DNA of 55,657 nt from Ancylonema sp. (Eukaryota), in assembly GCA_050230475.1 (NCBI GenBank), contig JBFLGF010000010.1, positions 62,001-117,657 on the forward strand, in the 5' to 3' direction. Below, piece by piece: positions 9,956-23,800 of the stretch. The notes under the pieces were generated by a model, which saw only the letters and a program-made list of their open reading frames with translations, searched no databases and had not been told where the DNA came from. A program made the translations under genes and the position numbers. How positions within the stretch are numbered: position 1 is the first letter of the stretch; each line of letters opens with the position of its first letter.

Positions 9956-12900
9956 TTATGATTCCAGGTCAGCACAAGTCCATAAGGACGCCGCCAGTAG
10001 CTGCTGGCCCCGCCACGTCAGCAATATAGCCTTGTTCACGTTGTCCAACCCATAGCCTTCCGCATACTTCCGCAGCAATGCCTGCAGGGAGAGCTCAAAT
10101 GGAGTCAATAAGAACCACATCTCTGTTTCAACACCTCGTTTTGCGGCACTCACTATCTGGACACGTGTCATCGACATGATCATGTCAACCCGAACACGAC
10201 ATCCTACGACAGCTGTGTTGAGGACATGCAACCGCAAGCGTCCCAAACCAATAGTGAATCACATCAGTCCCTAATGAGCGAAACCCCAGCTTCTATACCT
10301 CATCATGATGTGATACCATCTCATCAACATCACCTATCCTTCTTCAACAAGATGTACCCGAGGGATAGACGTATGCCCAAACACCATCCCCTGAGTCAAC
10401 AAGCCCAGCCACTGCAGACCCCTACTACATCCCCAACCTCTCAGCCTCCACCACCCCAACCCCTCCCCCTACCACCCACCCACCCCCAAACCCCCACCCT
10501 CCCCTCCTTCCCACCTTCAAGTTCTCCACCACTCCCGTCGACACCCCCACCGCCCTGAACCCCGCCTGCTGCATCCTGAACTGCCACCTGGCAAGGCTCT
10601 CATGCTGCTCGACCCGGTCCGCCCCTTCGCACGCCACGATATTCACAATCTTTCGCCCCAAAACCCGCTCCTCCACCATGACACGCTCCGTGGAATTCCA
10701 TGGCAGGCAGCAGTCCACTGAGTCAAAGACGGCGGAGAAGTAATGCAATGCCTCACGGACTCGGGCCCGGAACGAGAGAAGGTTGTGGTCTGTGTGCTGT
10801 CAGAAGAGAAAGGAGGGGGGGCGGGGGGGGCGGGGGGGAGGGGAAGGGCGATTGTTGCACTTCGGTTTTTTTTCTTTTTTATTTTTTATTTTTTATTTTT
10901 TCTTTTGTCAGGCGGGTCCTTCTTTCCATTTAGTGGATTCAGATTCTTGATGGATTCGAACGCACAACGAATCCGTGAATATCTCACCGAGTCCCCATTT
11001 TCTTGGGTTTCTCCCAACGCCATACATTCTTGTCCAATCCCTGCTGAAATGATTCGACCAGTAACCTCTGAATCCCATCCCAAGGACAACACAGGAACCG
11101 CATAAGCACAAAACCGCTCCCACACACAGCTCGTGTTGAATTCCAGCCCCCCCCCCCCCAACCTGCTCCACCAGAATCACAATTTTGGGGTTCAGCTGCC
11201 GAATGACGTTGAGCGTGGAATTCCTCGGACTCGCGCTCGTCAGCCCCCCGGTTTCGTCCGGCACCTGATGAAGGCGCAGCACGCAGCTCACTGCCAAAAC
11301 CTCTCCCGGGCGCAGGTCGAACTGGGTGGCCTGCAGCGTCTCGAGGTGCTCTGTTACCGGGTGGAACTCAAAGGGGACGCCATACAGCTTAGCAAAAGAA
11401 GTCAGGCGACGACCAGTCTCCTGTTGGGGGGAGAAAGGGGCGGGGGAGGGTGGGGGGAAGGAGGGGGGGGGGGGAAAGGGGAGTGGAGGATTTGTGAGTA
11501 TACTGTTTTTTTGTGTGTGAATTTAAAGGGGCCGTAACTCTGACCTCATCAAAGTGACAAAGAGACGGTCTTATTGGTCGTCCTCTAGGGTTTACAGCCT
11601 ACCCCCTAGTCCCCAAATACGTCGTGGTCCCCAACCATAACCCTAAAACCCCAAACCCTAGATCCTAAACCCCAACCTCCCCACCTCCTGTCCCCTCCTA
11701 CGCCACCCCCCCCCGTCTGTTTCCCAACCTGCAAACTGGATGGTTTCAGCCCTGTCTGCGGTGCGTCCACACAGGTTATCCGTAACCGTGGCGTAACCCC
11801 AGCTCTTGAGGCCAGTGACTCTATGAAGGTGGGCCACTGAGTCCCGTGGGTGATCCCGAAATCGATGATGTGGATTCCCCCCTCCCCCTCCACGGCCTCG
11901 AGGATGGCGTTGTTTGCCGCCTCGTGGCCGAAGTTGGCGTAGGGACAAGATTCCACAAACTTAAGGAGGGCGGTCAGCATCTCCTTGCTTCCGGGGCCGG
12001 GTTCGGTACCGCTTCGGCTTTGGAGGCTCTGGGGGTTGGGGGGAGGGGGGGTGGGGGGGGGGGGAGATTGAAGGAGAGGAGGGTGATGTTAGGAGAGATG
12101 ATGATGGTGGGAGAGGTGATGTCTGGAGGGGTGATGTTGGGAGCAGTTCTGTTTGGAGGGGTGATGTTAGGAGACGTGGTTTACGGAGAGGTGATGTGAG
12201 GAGAGCAGTAGGTGATGTCGGGAGAGGTGATGTGAGGAGAGGTGATGTGAAGAGAGGGGGTAGGTATGTCGAAGGGGGCGAAGTCTCCTTTTGTTGTGTG
12301 TTTGTACCTGGTAGATATTGGACCCTGTCCCCACCATCCTTGCAGCCAACCCCTCCAGGAAATAAAAGGCCATCCTCTGTTCCGCTGTGCCGTGGGGGGT
12401 GACCATCGAGTTAAGGATCTGCATCATGCTGTGCGCTGACCTCATCTCCCCGTCATCGATAAACTCCGCACAGTTGATCAGCATCTGGCCGAGCTGGGAT
12501 CCCGCGGGGCGGAGGGGGGGGTCTTGGGCAGACGGGTCGAAGTCTACGCCACCCTCTCCGCCTAACCCCGTCCAGGAAGGGGGCCCCAACCCCCCACCCG
12601 CACCCGTAACCGCACCCGTAACTGCACCCGCGCCCATAACCGCAGCCTGCCCCTTTTGGGCTGCCATCTGCCTGGCCTGGTAGCTGAACTGCCACCTGGT
12701 CGGATTCTCTTGGGTCAAAGATTGAGAAGTCAACTCTGTTGGATTCGCTGGCAGAACCCCAACCGCCCCCCCTGGTCTGCTGCCCGCCTTAGGGGCCTTC
12801 CCCCGCCCCCCCTTGCGTCCAGGCTTGTGGGTGGGCGGTGGCGGATACCCGTGACCTCCCCCTAAAACCCCATTCTTACTGTAGATGCCGTTACTGAAGG

Positions 12901-14077
12901 AACCGTTTGGATCGAAACCTGCTGACATGGATGTGGAGTTGGATGGATAAGGTCCAGCAGGCAGTGACGTGTGCCGCCTGGACGACAGCTGTATAGGAGT
13001 GTCCTGCACACGTGCCTGCCCGTTCGACCCCACCTCTGGGCCCACATTCCTGAGAGGTTGCGACCCCGAGAACTGATTCAGGTGTTCAGGATCCACAGAT
13101 TTTTTCTGGCGCCGAGGCCGTCGATTTTCGCCATCGCCTGGCCCACAACGCGCCCCAACCGACCCCAACACCCCCAGCCCCCTGCTAGCGCCGCTGCTAT
13201 CATCTGAATTCGAACAAGAGACCTCAGGCGCCCGACTTTGGGCTGTAAACCCCGGGATGTGGAACTGGTTATCCGCCACAGTGGCGCCCCACTCATTGCC
13301 AGCTGGCGAAAACGTGTCCAGCGCATGCCGCAACCCTTGTCCAGCCACCCCCCCCTGCGCCATGAGGCCCGCCGGGTACTGCGCCGGAATCATTTCTGGA
13401 AGCAGCATATCCATTTCCGCGAGCAGTTGGTTCACTTCCATCTTTGACCGCTCAGCCGTGGCCCCCAATTCATTTGCGAAAGCGCCGTCCAAAGGCTGCA
13501 ATGCGCCCAGCGTGCGCTTAAGGCCCCGTCTTGAAGCGCCACTCCCGCCCGCCTGCCCCCCATTGTGCTGCCCTGCCAGATGGTTATCCTGAAACTGTTT
13601 CTCTGCTTCCTCTCTCAGAAGCAGCTCCCGTAACTCTTCGTCGGAAAACCGCGCACCAACCGGACTGAGCACAACCGGGTGGGAGGCTTCCAACGGGTCG
13701 GACTGAAGCGGGTCTCCTGGAAGTGGGAAAGTTACTTCTTGATCATATGACGGGTTCGGATAACAAGGTGAGCCGTTGTTCAATAGCATGTCGCTAAGAT
13801 CCCCGCCCGGTGCGCCTTCTGCTGGCCTCAAATCACCGTCCCAAAATTGACTAAGGCCTCCTAGTTGTTCATCAAAATCGTAAGTGGGCCCGAAGTCCAG
13901 TTCATAAACATTGCTGTTGGTCAACTGCTCAGACTCCAGCTCGTTGCGTGTTTGAAGCTCCTGCCGCATGCGAAACAAATCCAGCAGTTGCGCAGCAATG
14001 CCTGGAGTCGCAAGCGAGTCCAGGCGGCGGTCACTCGTACTTGAATGTCCGTGCTCGCCTGATCCATTTGTCGCCAT
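9956..14077 (-). CDS. GRAS family transcription factor (PAT1/LISCL-like), ~911 aa, 5 exons
   Basis: Exons 14077-12308, 12028-11729, 11420-11163, 10796-10515 and 10081-9956, all GT..AG and in frame. LHRI QRMAFYFLEGLAAR; VHIID region CPYANFGHEAANNAILEA...IHIIDFGITHGTQWP; PFYRE region LNPKIVILVEQ...HYFSAVFDS; SAW region NIVACEGADRVEQHE...TWRGQQLLAASLW. Confidence 0.95.
12075..12255. repeat. Degenerate ~15-bp minisatellite (gaggtgatgt...) in GRAS intron 1
   Basis: Repeated gg(t/g)gatgt(t/g/c)..gaga units. Confidence 0.7.
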
Positions 14078-14904
14078 TTTCTCTACGCAATAAGACTCGG
14101 CAATGAGAGAACGGATATGAAGTGTTCAGTTACAGGTGTCCGACGATATATGATACGACAATATTTCCGGAGGGTAGGCACGTACAGCCATTGGCCTGCG
14201 ACCACTACATGCGATAGGAGAGTTCAGTGGTTCACGCGTGTGTACGAGAAAGAAAAAAATGGAATATCTGAAAAATATATGTTGTCGACGCTGATGGTTA
14301 TGGAGTTCACAGTAAACAAAATGCGGGAGAGGGGATGCCAGCGAAGGGCTGCATCGGCAGTAGGCAGCACGTGTGTACACAAAGAAGTAATCCATCCTCG
14401 GTTCGAACTCGCGGCGCGGGAAGCGAAGTTTCTCTCGACTTTCTTTGCAACCTTCAAACCCGTGGCGCCGTTATCACAGACCAGCTGGCGACCTCAGGGC
14501 AGGCCAGGCAGAACTGCGTTGGCAGGAACATGCCAGCCGAGGATGGGCGAAATAAACCTTAATCTGCCGTTCGCTGGTTATTATTAAATCTGAAAATCCC
14601 ACTTAGGGGCTACCTATAAACTTGCTAAAAACTTAAGTAGGCATCTTGTTATGGGGAAACATTTCACACAATGGTGCCCCTACGAATTACAAATCCCGAA
14701 GGGCAAGTTTGTTATACACACAATTTCCCACCAAATAAGAAGTGGTGGACTAAGATTTCTACATGGAGCTCACGGACAACCACTATCACAATATCAATTA
14801 TGTATGCACTTCTAGATTATTTTCCTCATTAAAAACGGTCTCCCAATCCTACCACTCGTTGAATCGAATATGCATCAAGTAAATAAAAGAGCAAACCCAG
14901 AGTG

Positions 14905-15022
14905 GGCTCCTACCAGCAAACTCCGCACCGTTTTCCGCCCCGGGCGGGCCCACCCCGGGCGGGCCCACCCCGGGCGGCGCTCCGGGCAGAAAAAAAATCC
15001 CCCGGGGCGGAGCCAAAGAGGT
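14905..15022. repeat. GC-rich repeat (ccccgggcgggccca units), end motif repeated at ~15600-15655
   Basis: Both segments end cccggggcggagccaa(a)gag. Probably subterminal repeats of a non-autonomous DNA element that hosts the 15331 MITE. Confidence 0.5.
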
Positions 15023-15330
15023 TGTCGATATTGTTTGTTGAGGAATCCCAAGACTACGGAGATCATGTACGTTTTTTTCAAAATTCAAATCCGACGAGTA
15101 TTCGAGATTTTTGAACACTACGTACGCCTGCTATCTTTTCCGTGTAATATTCATTTCTACATCTCAATTATTTTTTCCTTTTTTTTATCGCATTATACCA
15201 CGCCAAGCCACGGAGTCGGAATCATGGGTGACATTAGCTGATGTCGGACGTGTGGCGTATGACGTACACTCTTCAAGAAGTTATTTATGAACAAAACCGT
15301 CCATATCTCCGCTCCGCGACATTTTTTTTT

Positions 15331-15571
15331 GGGAGAGACTGCGGGCACCCCTCTCCGACTGGCCCGCAGTCTTTTCCTTAAAAAAGGGTAAGTTCAAAAA
15401 ATCGTAGCTTCCAAACGTTTTGCGATATTTCAAATATTTTTTCTTCGCACTATAGAAGAGACTACGAAGTAAATTTTAAAAAAAATTAAATATGTTTTTT
15501 CCGATCAGTGTGGAGTCGATAAAAATGGAGAGACTTCGGGTTGTCGGAGGGGGGTGCCCGCAGTCTCTCCC
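15331..15571. mobile_element. Mutator-like MITE
   Basis: TIR GGGAGAGACTGCGGGCACCCC...GGGGTGCCCGCAGTCTCTCCC, flanked by 9-bp TTTTTTTTT on both sides. Homologous to 37453-37716. Confidence 0.85.
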
Positions 15572-16263
15572 TTTTTTTTTGGGGGGTATTTAGGCCTAGA
15601 GCTCCGCCCCACAAATTCCGCCCAGCTTTCCGCCCGGGGCGGAGCCAAGAGTGGCAGAACCGAACCATTCGCTATGACCACTCGCTATTCCGTGTCGGAA
15701 TTGGCGTTGTTGCAGATGTTGAAGTAACTTGTTTTTACCCGCCATGACCTCTGGAACACTTGTCATTACCATGGGCGCATAATTTTTTGGGGGGGGTCGG
15801 GGGCAAAACTCAAATCGATTCCATGTATCTTACATGATACCCCAGTAAGAAACGAAACGAAATCAGCCCGTCGAGTTGTTACAACATCTATTAGGCTGGT
15901 TTCCATGCTGAGAACAGGGCGGGTTTTTTTTTCACGTTTGAATGGTGCCATTTTTTTATTTTTTTAATAATGAAGTATTGTAGTACCTCGAACACTTTCA
16001 TTCATTTGATCTCCATTTATTGTGCGAATGCTTGATAAATGAGACAATGTGAAACTTTCTTTAGCGGAATAACATACACATGCTCAAAGTTATATTTCAA
16101 ATTGATATGATTTGAGGTAGTCTTTCACCCGAACAAAACCATTTGGAAATGCTATCCACAAATGGAAATTCGACATCTTGTGCTACAGACGCTCGTCTAT
16201 GAAATGCAAAGAAAACCCACACCTGTCAATTTTTTTTTTTCCACTTCCACCAAGACTCATATA

Positions 16264-16501
16264 CCGTAGTGGCCATACATAACGACCCGGAATTTTAAAA
16301 AGGAAATAAATTTAGCTAATAAACCACCATATGACCCACGTGCGCACCCAGAATACAACTTCCCAAACTCGTGAATTTTATTATTATCTGGTGCCCATAT
16401 TATAGAATGACCCACTTTTTAACAAAAAAAAATTGTTGTTTATTTGACCCGACCCGCCCATATCATAATCATTTGAGGGTCACTATGTATGGCCCATAGG
16501 G
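16264..16501. mobile_element. Tc1/mariner-type MITE with TA TSD
   Basis: TA-CCGTAGTGGCCATACATAACGACCC ... GGGTCACTATGTATGGCCCATAGGG-TA, imperfect TIRs. Confidence 0.7.
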
Positions 16502-17359
16502 TAGTGTATCATTATCTTTGACGATCTTGTGGTCAACGTAGAGACCTAAATGATATGGGCCGCGAGCATTGTTCATTAATTGTTTTACTAGTTCGTCCGT
16601 CCTTCATGTGCTTTTATGCATTCCCACCAACCTAGTACATGTAAATGTATATTTTGTAAATGACAATGCTACCAAACGATGAGGAAAACATTGAATGACA
16701 AGTCAACAAGAAAGCTCCATTTCGTACTCCCCCTACTCTCAAAGGAAACAATGTTCACAACACGTCGTTCCTTATTGAATGCTTGCGAGCTTGTGCATTA
16801 CGGATGGTGAGGAAGATCAGGGTACTTAAAATCAGGGTCAAATCTGGAAATCAAGAAATCAGGAAGATCAGGGTACTAAAACACAACATTACAAGTTGTA
16901 ATGTTGCAACATCTCAAAAAATTGTATGTTCAATCTCAAGCTCAGCGTGAACCACTGCAGTTAATTTCACTTGTGTGCTTCACAAAGAACACATACACAA
17001 TATTTGCAAACGCTCCTTAAAGAACGTTACCACAAACTGGTGATTGCCGCCATAGTTGGGCTATCAATTGAAAGTAGTGTGACCCTGTCTAAATAAAATA
17101 AGAATTTATAAAATAGCACAGGCATTTGGGATTGAATAGCCTCACTTGTAGAACCACCATTGATCCATAACAAGTTTTCAAGATCCCCATCAACGCATGA
17201 CATGTTTTGCCACGCAAGCATCAACACATCCAGGTACGCAGTCAGTCTAAACATCCATTCTCAAAATCGGAGAGTTGACTTCTCCATAGACCAGGCTGGT
17301 CGGAAGGCCATTCAAAATGCAATGCGGAAAATCTCTCCACCCAAACAAAATCTAACAGT

Positions 17360-17799
17360 TTAAGAAACCTTCAATTTTGGAGTCGAGTTTGCCAAGTACG
17401 CTAGAATGTGGTGCCCCGGAAGCATGGTGATAAGACCAAGGACTACCAAGGTCTTTAATGTGAAGAACAAATTCATCTGCACAATGCGAAATGAGGGTCA
17501 AAGGTTGGAGAGACTTGGGGAATAAATACGAGGAAAAGTTGGAACCGCAGAGGACGAAAAACATAGAAAATATATAATAAAAAAAAACAGAAAAAAACAT
17601 TAAACACCAAAACAAATTTTAATGAAACACCAACACCTGTGATCATCGAACAATTGTGGTGCTCCCAAACCCATAGCTTGCGCCAAATGTGAAACATATG
17701 CGGAAATGCCTTCTCTATTGTATTCAGAAAATCACAATCCAATATCTAGCTCACAAAATCGCATAGATGTCTAGAATGATGATGATGATGATGAGAAAA

Positions 17800-17836
<37 letters not shown>

Positions 17837-20800
17837 GCGATGACGATGATGACGATGATGATACTGTAAGTGACTCAAAAGCAACAATTTCCCAAATTGA
17901 TTTGGCATAATGGGGCCTCTTACATTGAGCCAGAACTGGAAGTAGAGCAGGAGAACGGAGGCAATGCCTCCGTGGAAGGCCACGGCGCTGACAAGTGGCA
18001 ATCCTCCGCTGGGGAAGGCGTCTAAATTGATGCCCAGGAAGCCCAGCTGCGGTGATCCCAACCACCGACAATGTGAACCAATCAGCACAATCTTTGCCTG
18101 GCAAATGAGGTTGTGGTGCATAACACCCCCACGCGTTGGCCTCTACGAGAACGCCAGATTCTTCCACACTCTTGGGTTAAATAACTTACATGATACATAA
18201 GTTACAGTTACATGGTAAGTGATGCATACCTCACGAGGTAGGTTACTTTTTAGGTAGTTTTTTGAATGCTTCAAATAATGCTTCCAGGCGTGTCCTTGAT
18301 GAAAACCATGACTCGCAATTCCCGCGACACAATTCTTTCCCAATCAAGCATTCATGATCCAACAAAACGTGAGATGCGCCAGATTCAAAAACTTATAACT
18401 GCCAACAGAACTTACATCCGGGTCTGACCGGTCCCGAAGGCAAGCAATCCACTATCTCGCAAACCCGTTCCCTCTATCTCCAACTCACCCCCACTAGGAA
18501 GCCGGCCAACGGAAGGAGTGCGAGCGCAGAGAAGGCGTAGGACACCAGGGAAGGGGGCCGTTTCTCAGGGACCCGGAAGATGTGACTGATTTCGGAGGCG
18601 GGGGCGAATCTGGTGCTGAGGGGGTTCAGGGCGGGGGGCTTGGGGGCTGTCTCGGGCGCTGTGGGGAGAAGCAAATCTACGGACCCTAAATCCCAGCTGA
18701 AGGCGTCGTCCTGGAGGGGGGTGGGGAGGGGGAGGGGGGTTGGGGGGTGGGGAGGGGAAGGATGGATGACTGGCGGATGGCGTACGGGAAGTGAAGGGAA
18801 CGAGGAAAAGGGTGCGCCATGAGGTGAAGGGGGGGGGAGGAGGATGAGATTCATAACGAGGATGGGGATGATAGAGAGGATGATGATGATAAAGAGGATG
18901 GTGTTGATAATAGTAGAGATGATGTTAAGTGATGTAGGTTATGATGATGGCGAGGATAACGGGAGTGATAAAAATAATACTGGCGGGGGGATAGAATGAT
19001 GACGATGATGTAGTGATGATAATACCGTTGATAAAAAAGACAAGGGTGATAAATGAGAAGAACATATTGATGAGCAAGGAAATGGATTTGTCAAAGACAT
19101 ACACCCGTGTGCCAACAAATAGTAAATGGATTGCATGTTGCTACAATATCTAGGCTCTGTCAAGGCGGGCTCTACCGATCCAACCTCACAACCAACATTT
19201 GCTCTGCCACTAAATGCCAATAATTTTGCTCAACTTCATACTGAAGCTCAACACTGAGAGGTCTGACATGTTTGACAGGAATCGGATTCGGGTTCCGGGT
19301 TCTGGGTTTTGGTTTCGGGTTTCAGATTTTGGGTTTTGGGTTTGGGGTTTGTGTTTGACATCTCACCATTCGGCGGTCTCCCACAATGAGTTTGATTTTG
19401 TAGACCCCGGACGTATAGAACAGCTGGTCCATCAGCTTCAGAAACGGCTGCAGACACCCCAATTCCCGTTTGCCAAAGGCCACAAAGATTACGACTCCAA
19501 TTCCATTTCCATATCAGTCATGAGGGTGCAGAGGCCGAATCCGGCAGCATTCCCCAAAGATATGCCACCTCTCTCCATCTAGGTCCTTTTATGAGTGAGT
19601 CTCTGACAAAAGCCGACATTTCATGATGTTGATTACTTCAAACTTCCTGCCATCTCCTTCCTCTGCTATAAAAGGAGAGTATACAAAAAAAAAATCTCAG
19701 TCCATTCTGACACCTGAGAGTGCGAGCGCCAGCACTCGAGTGCCAAGTGCTCACCAGTTCAAACGTATACGCGCCCTCAGAGGGTTTTGTGACAGAGCTG
19801 TATTCGCGTCCCCCCCACCCATGGACCAGTTTCAAGATCACCTGCCTCCCCCAGAGACGGCCCCTGAGTCAGGAGTGGACAACAGAGGAGGGGGTCACAG
19901 AAAGGGCACAGAGGCAACCTGAACCAATGTCTCCACTGACGTTAACTAGTCCCCAAAATTTGCCTTCCTACTATACAGCCTTCCCCGTTCCCGCCCACTT
20001 CCGCTCATTCCGCCCATTTACACCCATTCCCGCCCATTTTTTAACCATTTCCGCTCATTTACGCCTACCTCTGCCCCCTCCCACCCATTTTTGCCCCCCA
20101 TTTCCGCCTACTTCTTGCCCTTCCCACCCATGTCCCCCCCCCATTCGAACCTGCTCTGGCACAAACGGCCCGTTGTTCGTCCCCACCTTACACTCCACTT
20201 TGAGTGTTTGCAGGTGAGAGGCCTTCAGTTTCGGCTTCACCTTGCCCTCCCCGGTCCCCTCCGACTCCCCCGTCTCCTCCCCACTGGGAGCAGAGTGGTC
20301 CACCGTGCCGTCCCCGTCCACCACGGAGAGGAGGACATCTGTCACGGTCACGGACCCCGACAGCAGGAAGGTGGTCTGTAAATGGGCGGAGATGGCGTAG
20401 AGGGGTTCCACGGACACCTGGAACGGCCACAAAACCCCGGACCCGAACCCTCACTATCAAGCTCACGTCCCCAAAGCCACCACCCTGGTTGTTCTGGCGT
20501 TTTAAAATACTTCGGCCTTCGCGCCTGCCAAACATATGTATACTTTTATAGACCGTACTGGGCACCGCGAATGATTTCTAATCAGTTATCGAAACCCAAA
20601 ATCAATCATTTTTATTAATACCTAAGAGCTAAAATCATTCACAAATAATCGTTGGTATTTTTTCCTTTTTTTAATTTTTTGAAATTCATTCGTAGGTTTC
20701 CCGGAATCATAGCCAAAAATCATCGATAATTACCACCAGCTTCCCGGAATTATAGATATTATTGAGAATCATTGACAATTTCGTTTTGAGAAAACAGGAA

Positions 20801-23800
20801 TCATTTATAGTATCCAGTGCGGTAATATGAATGGTCTCTCGATCTGTTTTACCACACGACCATACTATTCATCGTCCACCCTTCCCCCCCCCCCCCCCCC
20901 TGGCGCATAACATATGGTACCAGGCGTTCACCTCAAAGCTGGCTGTGTACTCCCCCAGATCCTTCACCCCCAACGCTTCCAAATCTACCACAAACTTGGC
21001 CCCCACAGGCCCCTGCTCCTGCTTCCCCAGGGCCTTCATGGCTGCCTCCCCCACCAGACTCTTGCCCTTGGCTCCTGTGACGGACAGCAGCTTCACCCCC
21101 CCCACGGGGGGCACAGACCCAAGGACGGTGGAGATGAACACCTGCGCAGCGGGGGGGGCGGGTGCGGGTTGGGGACCGGGTTGGCAAAGAGTTGGGGTCG
21201 GGGTCGGGGTTGGGGTTTGGGGTTTATCTCTCTTACTGAGAGGTCAAAGGAGGCCCCGGTGTAGATGAGGGTGGGGAGGCGGACTACGAGAGGCACATAC
21301 ACCCTGCAACCGACAGGGAGGCGACAGGGAGAGTGAGTGGGGGGGAGACAGAGAGTACAAGGCAGAGGTCTGACAGGTGTGCTCAGCGCTCTTCATCGTA
21401 CTTGTTGTCGTTTAGGAGGGAGAGGGCCGAGATTTGGTGGAAGGCTTCAGGGGGAGAGGAGGGGGACCCGATGCTGAGGAGGTACGTGGCTGCTCCCTCC
21501 AGCTTGGGTGCCACCTGTCAAACCGTCATTGGTCCCACCCAAGTCACCGGGCAGTTCAGAAAGAACGGAAACGCAGCGGAAAATTTACCCCACGAACTGA
21601 TGGCTCAGGTTTGTTTATTCTCAACCCCATCCTGCTTTTCCTTCACACGATACCCTGTGATACGAGATGCCATCCACGTCACCGTACCTTCAGGGGCTCA
21701 TCCAATACGGAGTAGAGTGCTATGGTGCCCTTGACTGCCGCTGACGTGGCCGCCACGTGGCCCCCCTTGTCTCCCGGAAAAACGGGAACTGCCACTCCGT
21801 CCTCTGATTCCCAAAACCCGAACCCCAAACCCCAAACTAGGTTTAGAATTCAGGTGCCCATCCCCAAGGCCCCAAAAGCCGCACTCCGACATAAAACCCT
21901 CCAATTCTTTCACTCACTTCCGAATCCTGACCCTGTTCTGTGCCTTTGAATCACCTGTGGCGATGGCTGCACCCCAAATCTTGCTCACTGTCCTCTTCAG
22001 CAGCGCCACCTGTTCCAATCAGGGCAGGGGTAAACACATCACTATGCTTCCAGCTCAGTAACTCAAACCTTAAACCTCAAATGTCTCATCTCAAATGTCT
22101 CATTCTCTTGTTTACAACAGAATCAAAGTCCTGTGACTGCCAGTCCTGAGTCATAGATGACGTCAGAACCACGAGATCTGCTGCTGTCGCTGACCTCATC
22201 TCCACTTGATTTCAAACCCAGCCGCAGCAGGGCTGCTCCAGCCTCCACAGCGATGCCTGACCAATCAGAGGACCCACAGGACCAAAACAAAAAAGTTCAA
22301 AACTGCCTTCATGACACCATCTCAGGCGTCTACAGCGAGAATGAATGGACGCCTGAAACGTCTGGAAACAACTATCAATGTACAGCTGTCGATCATCCGC
22401 ATCCGCGAGCGCCACGTCAGCAACGTAATCCTTCCTACCTGCTGCCAAGAAGCTTCCCTCTCCCTCTCCTTCGCTGGAGTACTTGAACTTGCCGTCGGTG
22501 GTGGACAGGGACTGCAACACACAATCCCGAATGAGTCAGGAGAAATCAACAGATTCCCGACTATTCTTGGGTACAGCTGCCGATAAGAACCGCGTCCAGG
22601 GACCAACCTGTCTGATTTCGTGCAAAAAGTGACATACGTTTTCAAAAGAAGGAAAAGAAAGTTCGGGCATATACATACCTCAAGCGTAGCCCACGCCTTC
22701 TCAAATGCAGCACTCAACGCATCCGGATCTTTGGCCCACCCCTTCTCCTGCTCCACCCCAAGCGAGCAGCATACAGGCACGTTAGATACCACTTACTGCA
22801 CACTACTCCATACCATACCATACTGTGCACCCCTTTCGGACTACGCCTTGCTGTTTTCTTTGAATCTAGACACTATGCCACATGTGGTCCAGAGGCCAAC
22901 GATGTACTCATTCAGATTTTAAAGACCGACTTCTGGCTTGACAACTGGAAGCATCGCATTGGCTGTGACTGGACGAGCATCCGTCCGAGACAACGCCATA
23001 GACAATGACATCATGAGGTGATCACATACATTACACTCACAACTTCTTGTCACACATCGTTTCTCATCTTTTGACTTCCATGCTGTTCTCACTGGAGAGC
23101 CAGAATACTGGTATTGATTTGAACCCTGAACCCTGAACCCTGAACCCTACTTTGCTATCAGATTTATCCACTAATGTCCAGCCTGTGCCCTCATTCGTTG
23201 TCCTTTGCTATCCGCAGAGCTACGGGAGCTTCAGAATAGCGTATATAGATGTGAGGTACTAATCATGGGGCACAGGACAGCCATATGCAGATGAAAAAAT
23301 AGAAAAAATAAATCATCAAATCATCAACCAATTCACCCAACACTCATGGTTGGCATCTGGCAGTTGTGAATATCCTTCCTACCTAGATGTTACATTGCCC
23401 TCATGAATCATACCTCGATCTGACGTTCTCATTCAACATTCTATATTGTATGATTTGTACCTTGAGAATGCTGAGGCCGAGTGCTGCGTGGTGCAGAGGA
23501 ATCAAATCCGCCGCCGCTCCCCCCGCCAGCAGCATATCCTCCACGGTCTGCAAAGCCAGGTATGACACACATCCGTTCACTTTCCTTTCCTCTTCGAGTT
23601 TTGTCACAATTTCAAAAAAAAAACGCAATCAAAATCTCTCTTTTTTTTTTTCTTTTTTTTATATATATATATATATATAATAATTATACGATGGTGAGCA
23701 CTGGCAAAGAATGTTACGTGTATGTGTAATAGACTGGCATCAGTACATTTGTCAAAATTAAATGCATACATACACTTGTTGAAGCAATTTTTTTCGATCA

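Noticed and set aside
12167..12307. His/Ser-rich C-terminus of the 636-aa ORF
   Set aside because: It is read-through into intron 1. Splicing at 12308 restores the GRAS domain.
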